Assembly: GCA_030610155.1 (NCBI GenBank) | Contig: JAUWSG010000002.1 | Span: 1-62,603 of the forward strand | From: Gammaproteobacteria bacterium | Lineage (GTDB): Bacteria; Pseudomonadota; Gammaproteobacteria; SG8-11 | Length of the DNA stretch: 62,603 nucleotides | Direction of reading: 5' to 3' | Shown: in pieces, positions 19,190 through 27,316 of the stretch | Numbering within the stretch: the first letter of the stretch is position 1 | Layout of the letters: every line of letters begins with the position of its first letter | Program-made: the position numbers and the translations under genes | Notes under the pieces: model-generated | The model's input: only the letters and a program-made list of their open reading frames with translations | Told to the model about the DNA's origin: nothing | The model's database searches: none

Positions 19190-20069
19190 CACAACGGCAT
19201 AAAATATCGGCCAGTTGTTGGCAAGCCGGGCCCACATTACCCGGTTGACCAAAGACCAGATATAAATGAGCGAAATACACCTGGCCTTCAGTCAGGGGTA
19301 ACAACTTAAGCTCATCGCTATCAAGCCTGGCTTGAACCTGATGCCGGGGCAACCAGCCAAACCCCAGCCCCGCCGTAACCGCCTCCATAGCCGTATCCAG
19401 ACTGGTCACCGTCCAGCGATGCTCAGCCCCCAACCAGCCACTGTCGATGTTTTGCGTCAAACCTGAATCACGTATGACAACTTGCAGTTCTTTACTTAAA
19501 TCAGTGATATTTATTGCGCGCTCCAGTTGATGCAAAGGGTGACCGGGATGCGCAACGGCAACAAACTCGACTTCCAGTAGAGGGTCACCCAAAAACGCCG
19601 GAGGCACACTGCCAGTGATCACCAGGTCGGCTGTACCCGACTGCAATGCTTCAGTTGCACCTGAAAGGACGACTTCTTTTAATTGAACACGTGTCCCTTC
19701 ACTCACAGGCACGAATTGTTTTAATGCCTGCATCAACATCGACGTCGGATAGGCTTCATCCACGACAAGATTAATTTCAGCTTCGCGCCCCTGACTCAAG
19801 GTGGCAGCAAGTTGCCCGATTTCAGTCGCGTCTTTTATTAATTGCCGGGAGCGCGCCAACAGCACTTCACCGGCTTCAGTCAGCTGTGCCTTGCGTCCCT
19901 GCACTTCAAGCAATTCAATGCCGAGTAGTTCTTCCAGCCGGGAAACCGCGTAGTTAATTGTTGATTGACTACGAAACATCTGTTTGGCTGCCTGGGCATA
20001 ACCACCCCCATCGACAACCGCCTGCAACGCCCGCCACTGATCCAGCGTGCCATAACCTGCATTTTTCAC
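19170..20069 (-). CDS. LysR-family transcriptional regulator (YhaJ-like context)
   Basis: 299 aa with an N-terminal wHTH (…QSTINYAVSRLEELLGIELL…). Divergent from the doxX-yqjG-pirin genes. Confidence 0.9.
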   Translation of the reverse strand: MKNAGYGTLDQWRALQAVVDGGGYAQAAKQMFRSQSTINYAVSRLEELLGIELLEVQGRKAQLTEAGEVLLARSRQLIKDATEIGQLAATLSQGREAEINLVVDEAYPTSMLMQALKQFVPVSEGTRVQLKEVVLSGATEALQSGTADLVITGSVPPAFLGDPLLEVEFVAVAHPGHPLHQLERAINITDLSKELQVVIRDSGLTQNIDSGWLGAEHRWTVTSLDTAMEAVTAGLGFGWLPRHQVQARLDSDELKLLPLTEGQVYFAHLYLVFGQPGNVGPACQQLADILCRCVKKTLP

Positions 20070-20097
20070 CTGAATGCCTCCATTTCACGATAACCAT

Positions 20098-20110
20098 TCT
20101 ATTTTATAGA
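20098..20110. promoter_or_regulatory. Candidate LysR box (T-N11-A palindrome TCTATtttATAGA)
   Basis: Perfect 5-3-5 inverted repeat of T-N11-A form in the lysR/doxX divergent intergenic region. Confidence 0.45.
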
Positions 20111-20205
20111 TAGATTTAGCCAGTATTTTATGCTTTTTTTTCGATAATTTGAAGCCATAATAGATCCATCAACATCAAATCACGCATAACTGAAAGGAGA
20201 ACATC

Positions 20206-20622
20206 ATGGAAAAACTACTTACTCCCATTGCACGAATCCTGATCGCGCACATTTTTTTATTGTCAGGCCCGGGAAAAATGGGCAATTACGCAGGCACACA
20301 AGCCTACATGGAAGCCATGGGGGCGCCGGGCATGTTACTCCCGCTGGTCATACTCCTTGAGGTCATTGGTGGCCTGGCCCTGATCATCGGCTGGCAGACA
20401 CGTTGGGCCGCGTTCGCCCTGGCCGGATTCAGCATTGTGGCAGCAGTGATGTTCCACGCCGATTTTGCAGATCAAATGCAAATGATCATGTTCACGAAAA
20501 ATGTTGCCATCGCCGGAGGCCTGTTGTTATTGGCCGCACATGGTGCCGGTCATTTCAGCCTGGACAGTTATTTTGCTCGATCAAAAAATCAGGTCAGCGG
20601 CCATATCAGTCCTACAGCCTGA
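20206..20622 (+). CDS. DoxX-family membrane protein (YqjF-like)
   Basis: 138 aa with four TMs. ...RILIAHIFLLSGPGKM... is typical of DoxX. Confidence 0.8.
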   Translation: MEKLLTPIARILIAHIFLLSGPGKMGNYAGTQAYMEAMGAPGMLLPLVILLEVIGGLALIIGWQTRWAAFALAGFSIVAAVMFHADFADQMQMIMFTKNVAIAGGLLLLAAHGAGHFSLDSYFARSKNQVSGHISPTA

Positions 20623-20652
20623 TAAACCGAAGATAAACCGAAGATAAACAAG
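20621..20652. repeat. 11-bp tandem repeat (gataaaccgaa x2.9)
   Basis: gataaaccgaa gataaaccgaa gataaacaag, starting at the doxX stop codon. Confidence 0.8.
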
Positions 20653-20679
20653 TCATAGCAGCCAACCCAGGCGGTTGTT

Positions 20680-21726
20680 ATGACTACATTCGAACCAGCA
20701 ATACCATTGGAGATAATAATGAATGCCGTCGAAGGAAATATTCAGAAACTGGATTCCAGCCTCAACGCAACGGCTGAAGGTGAATTTATCCGCCGGGAAT
20801 CGCAATTTCGTCACTGGGTAACGGCCGATGGTTCAGCCGGTCCGTCACGCTCTGCCGGATTTAAAGCAGAAAAAAATCGTTATCATCTTTATGTTTCCTA
20901 CGCTTGTCCATGGGCACACCGTACACTGATCTTTCGGGCATTAAAAAAACTTGAAGACATTATCAGTGTCTCGGTAGTACACCCGGAAATGGGTGACAAA
21001 AGCTGGCACTTTGATAGCCGTTATCCAGGCGCAACCGCCGATGATGTTAATGGCTTTAACATGATGCAGGACGTTTACAAATTGGCGAACCCTGACTTTA
21101 ACGGTGTTGTGACTGTCCCCGTCTTATGGGACAAAAAACAGAGCACTATTGTTAACAACGAATCTTCTGAAATTATTCGTATGCTCAATAGTGCTTTTAA
21201 TGCTTACACAGAGGTACAGACCGATTATTACCCGCAAGCATTACGCTCCAGCATTGATGCCGTGAATAAAGACGTGTACGACAATATCAATAACGGGGTC
21301 TATCGTTGCGGGTTTGCAAAAACACAGCGTGCATACGACAAGGCATTTAATGCATTATTTGATAGCCTGAATAAACTGGAGCAGCGCCTGGCTGAACAAC
21401 GTTATCTGGTCGGCAACATAATCACTGAAGCCGACTGGCGATTATTGCCAACATTGTTACGCTTTGACCCGGTTTACGTTGGGCACTTCAAATGCAACTT
21501 GTACCGCATTGCCGATTATCCAAATCTATCAAATTATATGCGTGACCTGTTTCAACAACCCGGCGTCGCTGAAACATTTAACCTGGACCACGTAAAACGG
21601 CATTATTACATGAGCCATACTGATATTAACCCGACACGGATCGTGCCCAAAGGCCCTGCGATTGATTATCTGGCAGCGCATGATCGTGACCGATTTAACC
21701 AGGAACAGGTAAGGAGCTTAAAATGA
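20680..21726 (+). CDS. yqjG: Glutathionyl-hydroquinone reductase (Xi-class GST, YqjG/ECM4 family)
   Basis: YHLYVSYACPWAHRTLI (CPWA motif), TVPVLWDKK and RFDPVYVGHFKCN are colinear with remembered E. coli YqjG. The true start may be the internal Met14. Confidence 0.9.
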   Translation: MTTFEPAIPLEIIMNAVEGNIQKLDSSLNATAEGEFIRRESQFRHWVTADGSAGPSRSAGFKAEKNRYHLYVSYACPWAHRTLIFRALKKLEDIISVSVVHPEMGDKSWHFDSRYPGATADDVNGFNMMQDVYKLANPDFNGVVTVPVLWDKKQSTIVNNESSEIIRMLNSAFNAYTEVQTDYYPQALRSSIDAVNKDVYDNINNGVYRCGFAKTQRAYDKAFNALFDSLNKLEQRLAEQRYLVGNIITEADWRLLPTLLRFDPVYVGHFKCNLYRIADYPNLSNYMRDLFQQPGVAETFNLDHVKRHYYMSHTDINPTRIVPKGPAIDYLAAHDRDRFNQEQVRSLK

Positions 21727-22601
21727 AACTACGTCCTGTAAAACAGATCATTAAAGCCATGGCGGTCACTGAAGGTGCGGGCGTGACAGTGCATCGCACC
21801 ATTGGTACGCCAGCACTGAAAAATCTCGATCCATTTCTGATGCTGGATTTTTTTCACAGCGATGATCCTGATGATTATATTGCCGGCTTTCCCGACCACC
21901 CACACCGTGGCTTTAATACGTTTACCTATATGCTTGATGGCCACATGCAACACCATGACAGCATGGGAAACAAGGGCGACCTGGGACCGGGAGGTGCACA
22001 ATGGATGAAAGCGGCCAGTGGCGTCATTCATTCGGAAATGCCACAACAATCTTCCGGCATGATGCGTGGATTCCAATTATGGATTAATTTACCCGCAGAG
22101 CAGAAAATGAGTACACCGGCTTACCAGGATTTTTCACCTGATGCATTTCCCGTTGTGGAAAATAAAGGTAGCCGCATTAAAATTTTAAGTGGCGAGTACA
22201 ACGGCCAAAATGGACCTGTCGATGATCCTTATACCCAGGTGCAATTTCTCGATGTGACACTGGATAAAAATAATACCTTCACCCACAAGCTGGATGACAG
22301 CCTGCAAGGCTTTATTTATGTATTCGAAGGTGACGCCGCACTCAGCGGGACCGCATTGCCGCAACATAGCTTTGCCGTATTAGGTGAAGGAGACACACTT
22401 GAAATCAGCGCGGGTGCTAATGGCGCACGTTTTATCATCGTCGTTGGCAAACCTATTGGTGAACCCATTGTGCAATATGGTCCGTTTGTGATGAATACAC
22501 GCGAAGAGATTGAACATGCCTTTGCCGACTTTCGAGATGGCAAACTTGTGCGTGATAAAGCAAACTTTTCAGATGTAAGGAACGCGCCGACCAGAGCTTA
22601 A
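21723..22601 (+). CDS. Pirin-family protein (YhaK/YhhW-like)
   Basis: 292 aa bicupin. FPDHPHRGFNTFTYML metal-binding motif. 4-nt overlap with yqjG. Confidence 0.9.
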   Translation: MKLRPVKQIIKAMAVTEGAGVTVHRTIGTPALKNLDPFLMLDFFHSDDPDDYIAGFPDHPHRGFNTFTYMLDGHMQHHDSMGNKGDLGPGGAQWMKAASGVIHSEMPQQSSGMMRGFQLWINLPAEQKMSTPAYQDFSPDAFPVVENKGSRIKILSGEYNGQNGPVDDPYTQVQFLDVTLDKNNTFTHKLDDSLQGFIYVFEGDAALSGTALPQHSFAVLGEGDTLEISAGANGARFIIVVGKPIGEPIVQYGPFVMNTREEIEHAFADFRDGKLVRDKANFSDVRNAPTRA

Positions 22602-22658
22602 AAGCGCCTATTGGATATTTGCAAAATGGACTGATCCCATTGTGAAATCGGCCGTATA

Positions 22659-22828
22659 TTTCACCGCAAAGGCGCAAAGCACGCAAAGAAAACCATCCTG
22701 GATTTAAAAACCTCGGGGATGATCTGCTAAATAACTGGGCCCACCACCACAGTGGGTCATGAATCCTTAAGCTTTTTAAATTTAACCACCCTTTGCGTGC
22801 TTTGCGCCTTTGCGCCTTTGCGGTGAAA
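22659..22828. repeat. MITE-like inverted-repeat element, cgcaaag family (arms of 9-bp periodic units)
   Basis: Left arm tttcaccgcaaaggcgcaaagcacgcaaag (22659-22688). Right arm ctttgcgtgctttgcgcctttgcgcctttgcggtgaaa (22791-22828) is its reverse complement with one extra 9-bp unit. About 100 bp of unique core lies between them. Confidence 0.8.
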
Positions 22829-22998
22829 CAATCTGTCAAGACTATTAATTATACATTCACGATAAAATCATAAATATTTATTCATAACGGTGCATGAACG
22901 GTTGAAAGTTGTACTGCCAAATGACTGCAGCACTGATATGATCCTGCCTCATTGAACGACTCGAAATAGTTATCTACCTTAACTAAAACAGGATAGTT

Positions 22999-24015
22999 AT
23001 GTTAATCATGAACAAGGATGTTCTGCTGCCGAACTGTCAAGGACTGACAAAAAGAATGGCAATAATTTTTTCGCTTGTCATATCCGTTACCCAAACCTCC
23101 CTTGCACAAACTTCTATTGAGCAAACTTATTCAGGGAAAACTTTTATCGGGCAAACTTATGTCGGGAAAAAATTATTTGTCACCGCCAGGGCAGTGGATA
23201 GCGCGGTTTGCGGCTCCAGGGTCGAGCCTTGCCGGTCTATCAGCCAGGCCATAGAAAATGCCAAAGATGGTGATCATATCTTTGTTGGGCCAGGTTATTA
23301 TGGCGATATCAACATGGATGGTGATTTCAATGATCCGGGCGATGAAAAAGCGCAACTGGGGTTTGGCTGCCACTGTATCATCCTGGTAAACAAGTCTCTT
23401 ACACTAACATCTATTGTGGACGCCAAAACTACCCTGCTCGATGCTAATGATGCTGTGGCAAATGTTGTTGCTATCACAGCAGACAAGGTCAGCTTCGGAA
23501 AAATACGCCATGGCTTTACGCTCACAGGTGCACGCAGCGAATCCAACAAATACGGCGCAGGCTTAAAAGTAGAAGGTCGTTATTCGAAAATTTACGGCAA
23601 CATTGCTTCCAATAACGAGGGCGTCGGGTTTGATATCAGTGGCGACAACCACCAGGTTCGAGAAAACCTGTCCAGAAAAAACAGCCATGGCTTTATATTT
23701 TCCCATACACAAACGGGGCATAGCATAGAAGATAACATCGCCAGCAATAACGGCATTAAAACAGGCTTTGGCCATGGCTTTTTAATATTAGGAAATGGCT
23801 ACACTGTGACCAGCAATATGGCAAATGGAAATCAGGGCAATGGTTTTATCGTAAACTCGTACAATGATGCAGATAATAAAAAGCAATTTTCATTTTCCGG
23901 GAATACCTCATTTAGCAACACAGGGCAGGGGGTGTTTAAATTTGCAGGCGCAAATACTACAAACTTTAAGAACAATATTTTCGGAAATCTGAATAAAGAA
24001 AATATTTTCCAGTAA
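22999..24015 (+). CDS. Secreted right-handed parallel beta-helix repeat protein (NosD/PbH1-like)
   Basis: Signal peptide, then repeated ~22-aa units such as ...GNIASNNEGVGFDISGDNHQV... / ...DNIASNNGIKTGFGHGFLILGNGYTV... / ...NMANGNQGNGFIV.... Confidence 0.7.
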   Translation: MLIMNKDVLLPNCQGLTKRMAIIFSLVISVTQTSLAQTSIEQTYSGKTFIGQTYVGKKLFVTARAVDSAVCGSRVEPCRSISQAIENAKDGDHIFVGPGYYGDINMDGDFNDPGDEKAQLGFGCHCIILVNKSLTLTSIVDAKTTLLDANDAVANVVAITADKVSFGKIRHGFTLTGARSESNKYGAGLKVEGRYSKIYGNIASNNEGVGFDISGDNHQVRENLSRKNSHGFIFSHTQTGHSIEDNIASNNGIKTGFGHGFLILGNGYTVTSNMANGNQGNGFIVNSYNDADNKKQFSFSGNTSFSNTGQGVFKFAGANTTNFKNNIFGNLNKENIFQ

Positions 24016-24075
24016 TTAAATTTTGTACTATAGATTTATCAATATTAGCTCTTGAGATATATACCAGCACTTTCT

Positions 24076-25263
24076 TTACAAAGCTCTACTGATGATAAAA
24101 CCACCCCAGATCGGGCTCCGCGAACCAGGGCCTGTTTTAATTTCAGAGGTTTGTCCTCGCAAAAAATAACTCATTCTCAATCCGCTATCCAATTCCTTTG
24201 TCACACCCATCCAGAGCTCACCAACAACATGGTTCAGCTCATCACTCTTGTACGTCACGACACTGTCCCTGAATTGCCCTTGAAGAAAAACGTTATATGC
24301 CCTCAAGTGCACACTCAATCCGGTCCAGAAATAAAATTCATTTTTTGCTTTCGTGCTTGTTTTTGCTAAAGGTGAACCCTTTTCAGCATAAGCCGCATTC
24401 TGTGGATTAAAACTCCACCAGGGCGTACGAATTCTGCCGAATCGACCACTAATGCTATAGGTATAATCCGTCAGATAACCAACATTCAGGTTACTCGCTG
24501 TTTTAATTTCATAATTTGAACTCTCATCAACATAATCTGCCCAATGAACAGACTGCTTTGAAACACTGTAACGAAATGTCAATTCACCGCCATCAGAAAT
24601 CTGATTACCCCAACCTTGCGCCTCGTTAGCATCAAATACTTTGTGTATTAAATTCTGAAACTCACCGGCAATATCCAGACCCAGAACACCGATACTTAAA
24701 GAAGTAATCAATGAAGAGCGATTCTTGTAATCTACATGCTGTCGTGTATTTGAAAGATAAAACAAACTAGCATAAGGTCGATCATCGAAAATCGGCTCAC
24801 TAATCGTTATATCATCGGGCGTAAATGTCGTTAATCCAAATTCAAAACTGTGTAACAAGCTGTCATATTTTTTTCCTAAACCAAATAAATTATTAATACC
24901 ACCCAATATAGGGTCAACCGATGCAATGTAATGCGCTGTTTTTGAACCAGACAAGGTAAATGCCAATCCACCGGTATAGTCACGGTCTCTGCCAGGAGAG
25001 GCAAACAAATCATTATCTATGTAAAATGCCCAGCTGGTTCGGTCCTTTTCCTGTTGCTGCTCATCAAGTGGTTCACGCTGAGGCCGTTTCTCGTCTTCAA
25101 TCAAAGCCGCGAGTAACAACTTTTCCTGCTGAACTTGTACACCCGACAATGGCTCCTCAACATGACTGGCTAACACATCCTGGTTAACTAAAAACATCAC
25201 AGCCGCAAGCAACGTCAATAACGCGCCTTTTACTGAGTTGTTTTTAATTGTGTTTACCAACAT
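24076..25263 (-). CDS. lpxR: LpxR-family (DUF2219) outer-membrane lipid A deacylase-like protein, copy 2
   Basis: 395 aa with a signal peptide. SWAFYIDNDLF...DRDYTGG. Colinear with copy 1 but has an extra acidic Q/E-rich N-terminal segment. Confidence 0.75.
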   Translation of the reverse strand: MLVNTIKNNSVKGALLTLLAAVMFLVNQDVLASHVEEPLSGVQVQQEKLLLAALIEDEKRPQREPLDEQQQEKDRTSWAFYIDNDLFASPGRDRDYTGGLAFTLSGSKTAHYIASVDPILGGINNLFGLGKKYDSLLHSFEFGLTTFTPDDITISEPIFDDRPYASLFYLSNTRQHVDYKNRSSLITSLSIGVLGLDIAGEFQNLIHKVFDANEAQGWGNQISDGGELTFRYSVSKQSVHWADYVDESSNYEIKTASNLNVGYLTDYTYSISGRFGRIRTPWWSFNPQNAAYAEKGSPLAKTSTKAKNEFYFWTGLSVHLRAYNVFLQGQFRDSVVTYKSDELNHVVGELWMGVTKELDSGLRMSYFLRGQTSEIKTGPGSRSPIWGGFIISRAL

Positions 25264-25281
25264 TGGTTTAACTCCGTATAT

Positions 25282-25306
25282 ATGACCGGTCGTCTCAAAA
25301 TTACAG
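25282..25306. promoter_or_regulatory. Putative TetR operator copy 1 (atGACCGGTCgtctcaaaattacag)
   Basis: One of three ~25-bp near-identical motifs centred on the palindrome GACCGGTC. Lies 19 nt upstream of the lpxR copy 2 start. Confidence 0.5.
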
Positions 25307-25350
25307 CCTAAAAAAACCTACACATCCAAATAATTGACTGTAATAAATAG

Positions 25351-25376
25351 ATGACCGGTCGGCTTAAAAATTACAG
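25351..25376. promoter_or_regulatory. Putative TetR operator copy 2 (atGACCGGTCggcttaaaaattacag)
   Basis: Second copy, 69 bp from copy 1, between the tetR stop and the lpxR copy 2 start. Confidence 0.5.
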
Positions 25377-25394
25377 AAAAAAAAGCCTGTAAAA

Positions 25395-25979
25395 TCAGCT
25401 TTTTAACAAAAAAGGGAGCTCGGTCAGGAAAGAATCAAATGCATTATAGTTTTTTGCCGCTTTCATCCGGGTTAATGTCCCTTCCCAGGCATTAAAGATA
25501 AATTGCGCGAGTTTAGCGACATCGCGATCCCTGGCTATATCACCTTTTTCCTGCGCTTCAATCAATAAACCTTCAATCAAAGCGGTCAATCTGGACAATA
25601 AAAAATCAGACTTTAACCGTATCGGTTCATTTACGTCCGACATTTCCTGCGTAATGTTCCCCAGAAAACAACCCAATAAATAACCGCCGCTCCTGGCTTT
25701 TTCTGCTCCTGATTCAAAAAAGGCAATCAATCTTTCAAGGGGTGGTTTTTCACTGGAAGTGAATGCAGGATTATTTGCTGTGGTCTCAAACATTGCATCC
25801 AGGGCCATAATCGCGAAAGCTTCCTTACTCTCAAAGTAGTTATAAAAAGACCCTTTTGGTATCCCGGCTGCACAAACGATGTCTCTGACACCGGTACCGT
25901 TGTAACCATGCTTGTACATCACTTCAATGCCCGCATCTAATATGCGGCATTTTTTGTCTTCTTTTCTGCAAGTCGTCAT
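25395..25979 (-). CDS. TetR/AcrR-family transcriptional regulator
   Basis: 194 aa. N-terminal HTH ...GYNGTGVRDIVCAAGIPKGSFYNYFESKE.... Confidence 0.9.
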   Translation of the reverse strand: MTTCRKEDKKCRILDAGIEVMYKHGYNGTGVRDIVCAAGIPKGSFYNYFESKEAFAIMALDAMFETTANNPAFTSSEKPPLERLIAFFESGAEKARSGGYLLGCFLGNITQEMSDVNEPIRLKSDFLLSRLTALIEGLLIEAQEKGDIARDRDVAKLAQFIFNAWEGTLTRMKAAKNYNAFDSFLTELPFLLKS

Positions 25980-26012
25980 TTGATTTAGTCCCGTTCCAGT
26001 TACAATAAAGAA

Positions 26013-26037
26013 TATGACCGGTCGTCTTAAAAGTCAA
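26013..26037. promoter_or_regulatory. Putative TetR operator copy 3 (atGACCGGTCgtcttaaaagtcaag)
   Basis: Third copy, 34 nt upstream of the tetR start codon. This is the position expected for an autoregulatory operator. Confidence 0.5.
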
Positions 26038-26105
26038 GTAAAAGCTTAACATCTAAAAAAAGCGTAATAACAATCTGTGCAAAGGGGTAAAAGATTCAAC
26101 TGGTT

Positions 26106-26259
26106 ACCGTCATCCCAGCGTACGCCTGGCCGGGATCCATGGGAGTGAAAGGCGATGCTGATAATGCCCCATACTTTCTGATTCAGGGGCCAGTATTAAA
26201 ATACGGTGAATTGTTTATGTTCGGCTGGATTCCGGCCAGGAGCCCGCCGGAATGACGGA
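26106..26259. repeat. Inverted-repeat element, gtcattcc family (two ~33-bp arms, each itself a hairpin)
   Basis: accgtcatcccagcgtacgcctggccgggatcc (26106-26138) against ggattccggccaggagcccgccggaatgacgga (26227-26259). The arms are imperfect reverse complements. The second arm folds on itself as attccggc/gccggaat. Confidence 0.7.
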
Positions 26260-26290
26260 GACCCTGAGAAACAATTTGGAAATATCGCTG

Positions 26291-26839
26291 TTACGCCGCC
26301 AGGGTTGAAAACCGCTGACTCTCAATTGACCATTGATTCTTATCCGCAATCAGGATCAGACAGGAAGGCCCACTACCGGTACGCGTTCGCCCTGCTGCAC
26401 CGGGATTGATGACCCAGGGTGTGTGACTTTTATCTATAACCAGTTTATGAGTATGCCCGTAAACAATCACACGTGCATCGGAATGCGCTTCACGCAAAGA
26501 ATCATGTGAGGGCGAGTGCATGCCATGTTCATGCCCATGCTCTACTATCAATTTGCCGCCGGGTAAGTCCAGCTCTGCAATCGTGGGTAAACCGCCTGCA
26601 ATATGTGACTCACTTGCAGACCACATATGAGGATGATCATTATTTCCTGCGACCGCAATCACTTTCCCATGCCTGGGTTTTAATGAATCCAGGACCGAGG
26701 CACTGCTAATATCGCCCGCATGAACAACATAGTCACATGTCGCAACAATCCTGGCGATGCGTTCATCCAGATGGCCATGGGTATCGGAAATAATAGCAAC
26801 CCGTGCAAACCGGGCCGGTGGCGAAACAATTCCTGACAT
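26291..26839 (-). CDS. Metallophosphoesterase (YfcE / MJ0936 family)
   Basis: 182 aa with ISDTHG, HAGDI, GNND, HGHEH and GHTH motifs in canonical order. Confidence 0.85.
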   Translation of the reverse strand: MSGIVSPPARFARVAIISDTHGHLDERIARIVATCDYVVHAGDISSASVLDSLKPRHGKVIAVAGNNDHPHMWSASESHIAGGLPTIAELDLPGGKLIVEHGHEHGMHSPSHDSLREAHSDARVIVYGHTHKLVIDKSHTPWVINPGAAGRTRTGSGPSCLILIADKNQWSIESQRFSTLAA

Positions 26840-27029
26840 CTACAACTACTCCAAATATTTTTTATCTATCATCACAATAATAATTTAGTTCATCAATTAC
26901 CAGGTTCCAGGTCGTCAGCCTTACGCTTAAATCTTTTCCCTTTTAACTTTACCTTTTTCCCTGCTTCTTCCTAATCATCGATATATTTATCGACCACTTC
27001 ACCTTACTTCTGAGCTGAATGGGTGTTTT

Positions 27030-27066
27030 TTTCAAATAAAAAGCCCGGGACAGACTGTCCCGGGCT
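27030..27066 (-). terminator. Rho-independent terminator for the sat transcript
   Basis: gcccgggacag/ctgtcccgggc stem. On the minus strand it is followed by tttttatttg. Lies about 250 nt downstream of the sat stop. Confidence 0.8.
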
Positions 27067-27117
27067 AGTGTTTTGTTAAACCTAAGTAAAACTAAAGTTG
27101 GATCAAATAATTAAAAC

Positions 27118-27255
27118 TTATTTGAACAACTTGGACTTGTCGACAAGATCCATATGGCCACGTTTGAAGCAGGTCCAGGTATGGGTAGTCTTGTCATAGA
27201 CAGAGTTCACGAAGCACTCCCGGTTTTTCTTCTGCAACAGCCAACATGTTTGCAT
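27118..27255 (-). CDS. Possible 45-aa Cys/His-containing small protein between sat and its terminator
   Basis: My translation: MQTCWLLQKKNRECFVNSVYDKTTHTWTCFKRGHMDLVDKSKLFK. Below the ORF-track cutoff. No convincing SD and no family recognised. Confidence 0.2.
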   Translation of the reverse strand: MQTCWLLQKKNRECFVNSVYDKTTHTWTCFKRGHMDLVDKSKLFK

Positions 27256-27316
27256 TGGTGTTGTAGTAAGTTGCTACAGTCAGAGGGCAAGATATGTAAA
27301 ATTCGCTTGCTAAGTA

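Noticed and set aside
22453-22839. 128-aa ORF spanning the pirin 3' end and the cgcaaag repeat element
   Set aside because: It overlaps a well-supported gene. Its N-terminus (…TAKAQRRKARKG…) is simply the 9-bp repeat arm read in frame, so it is a repeat artefact rather than a gene.
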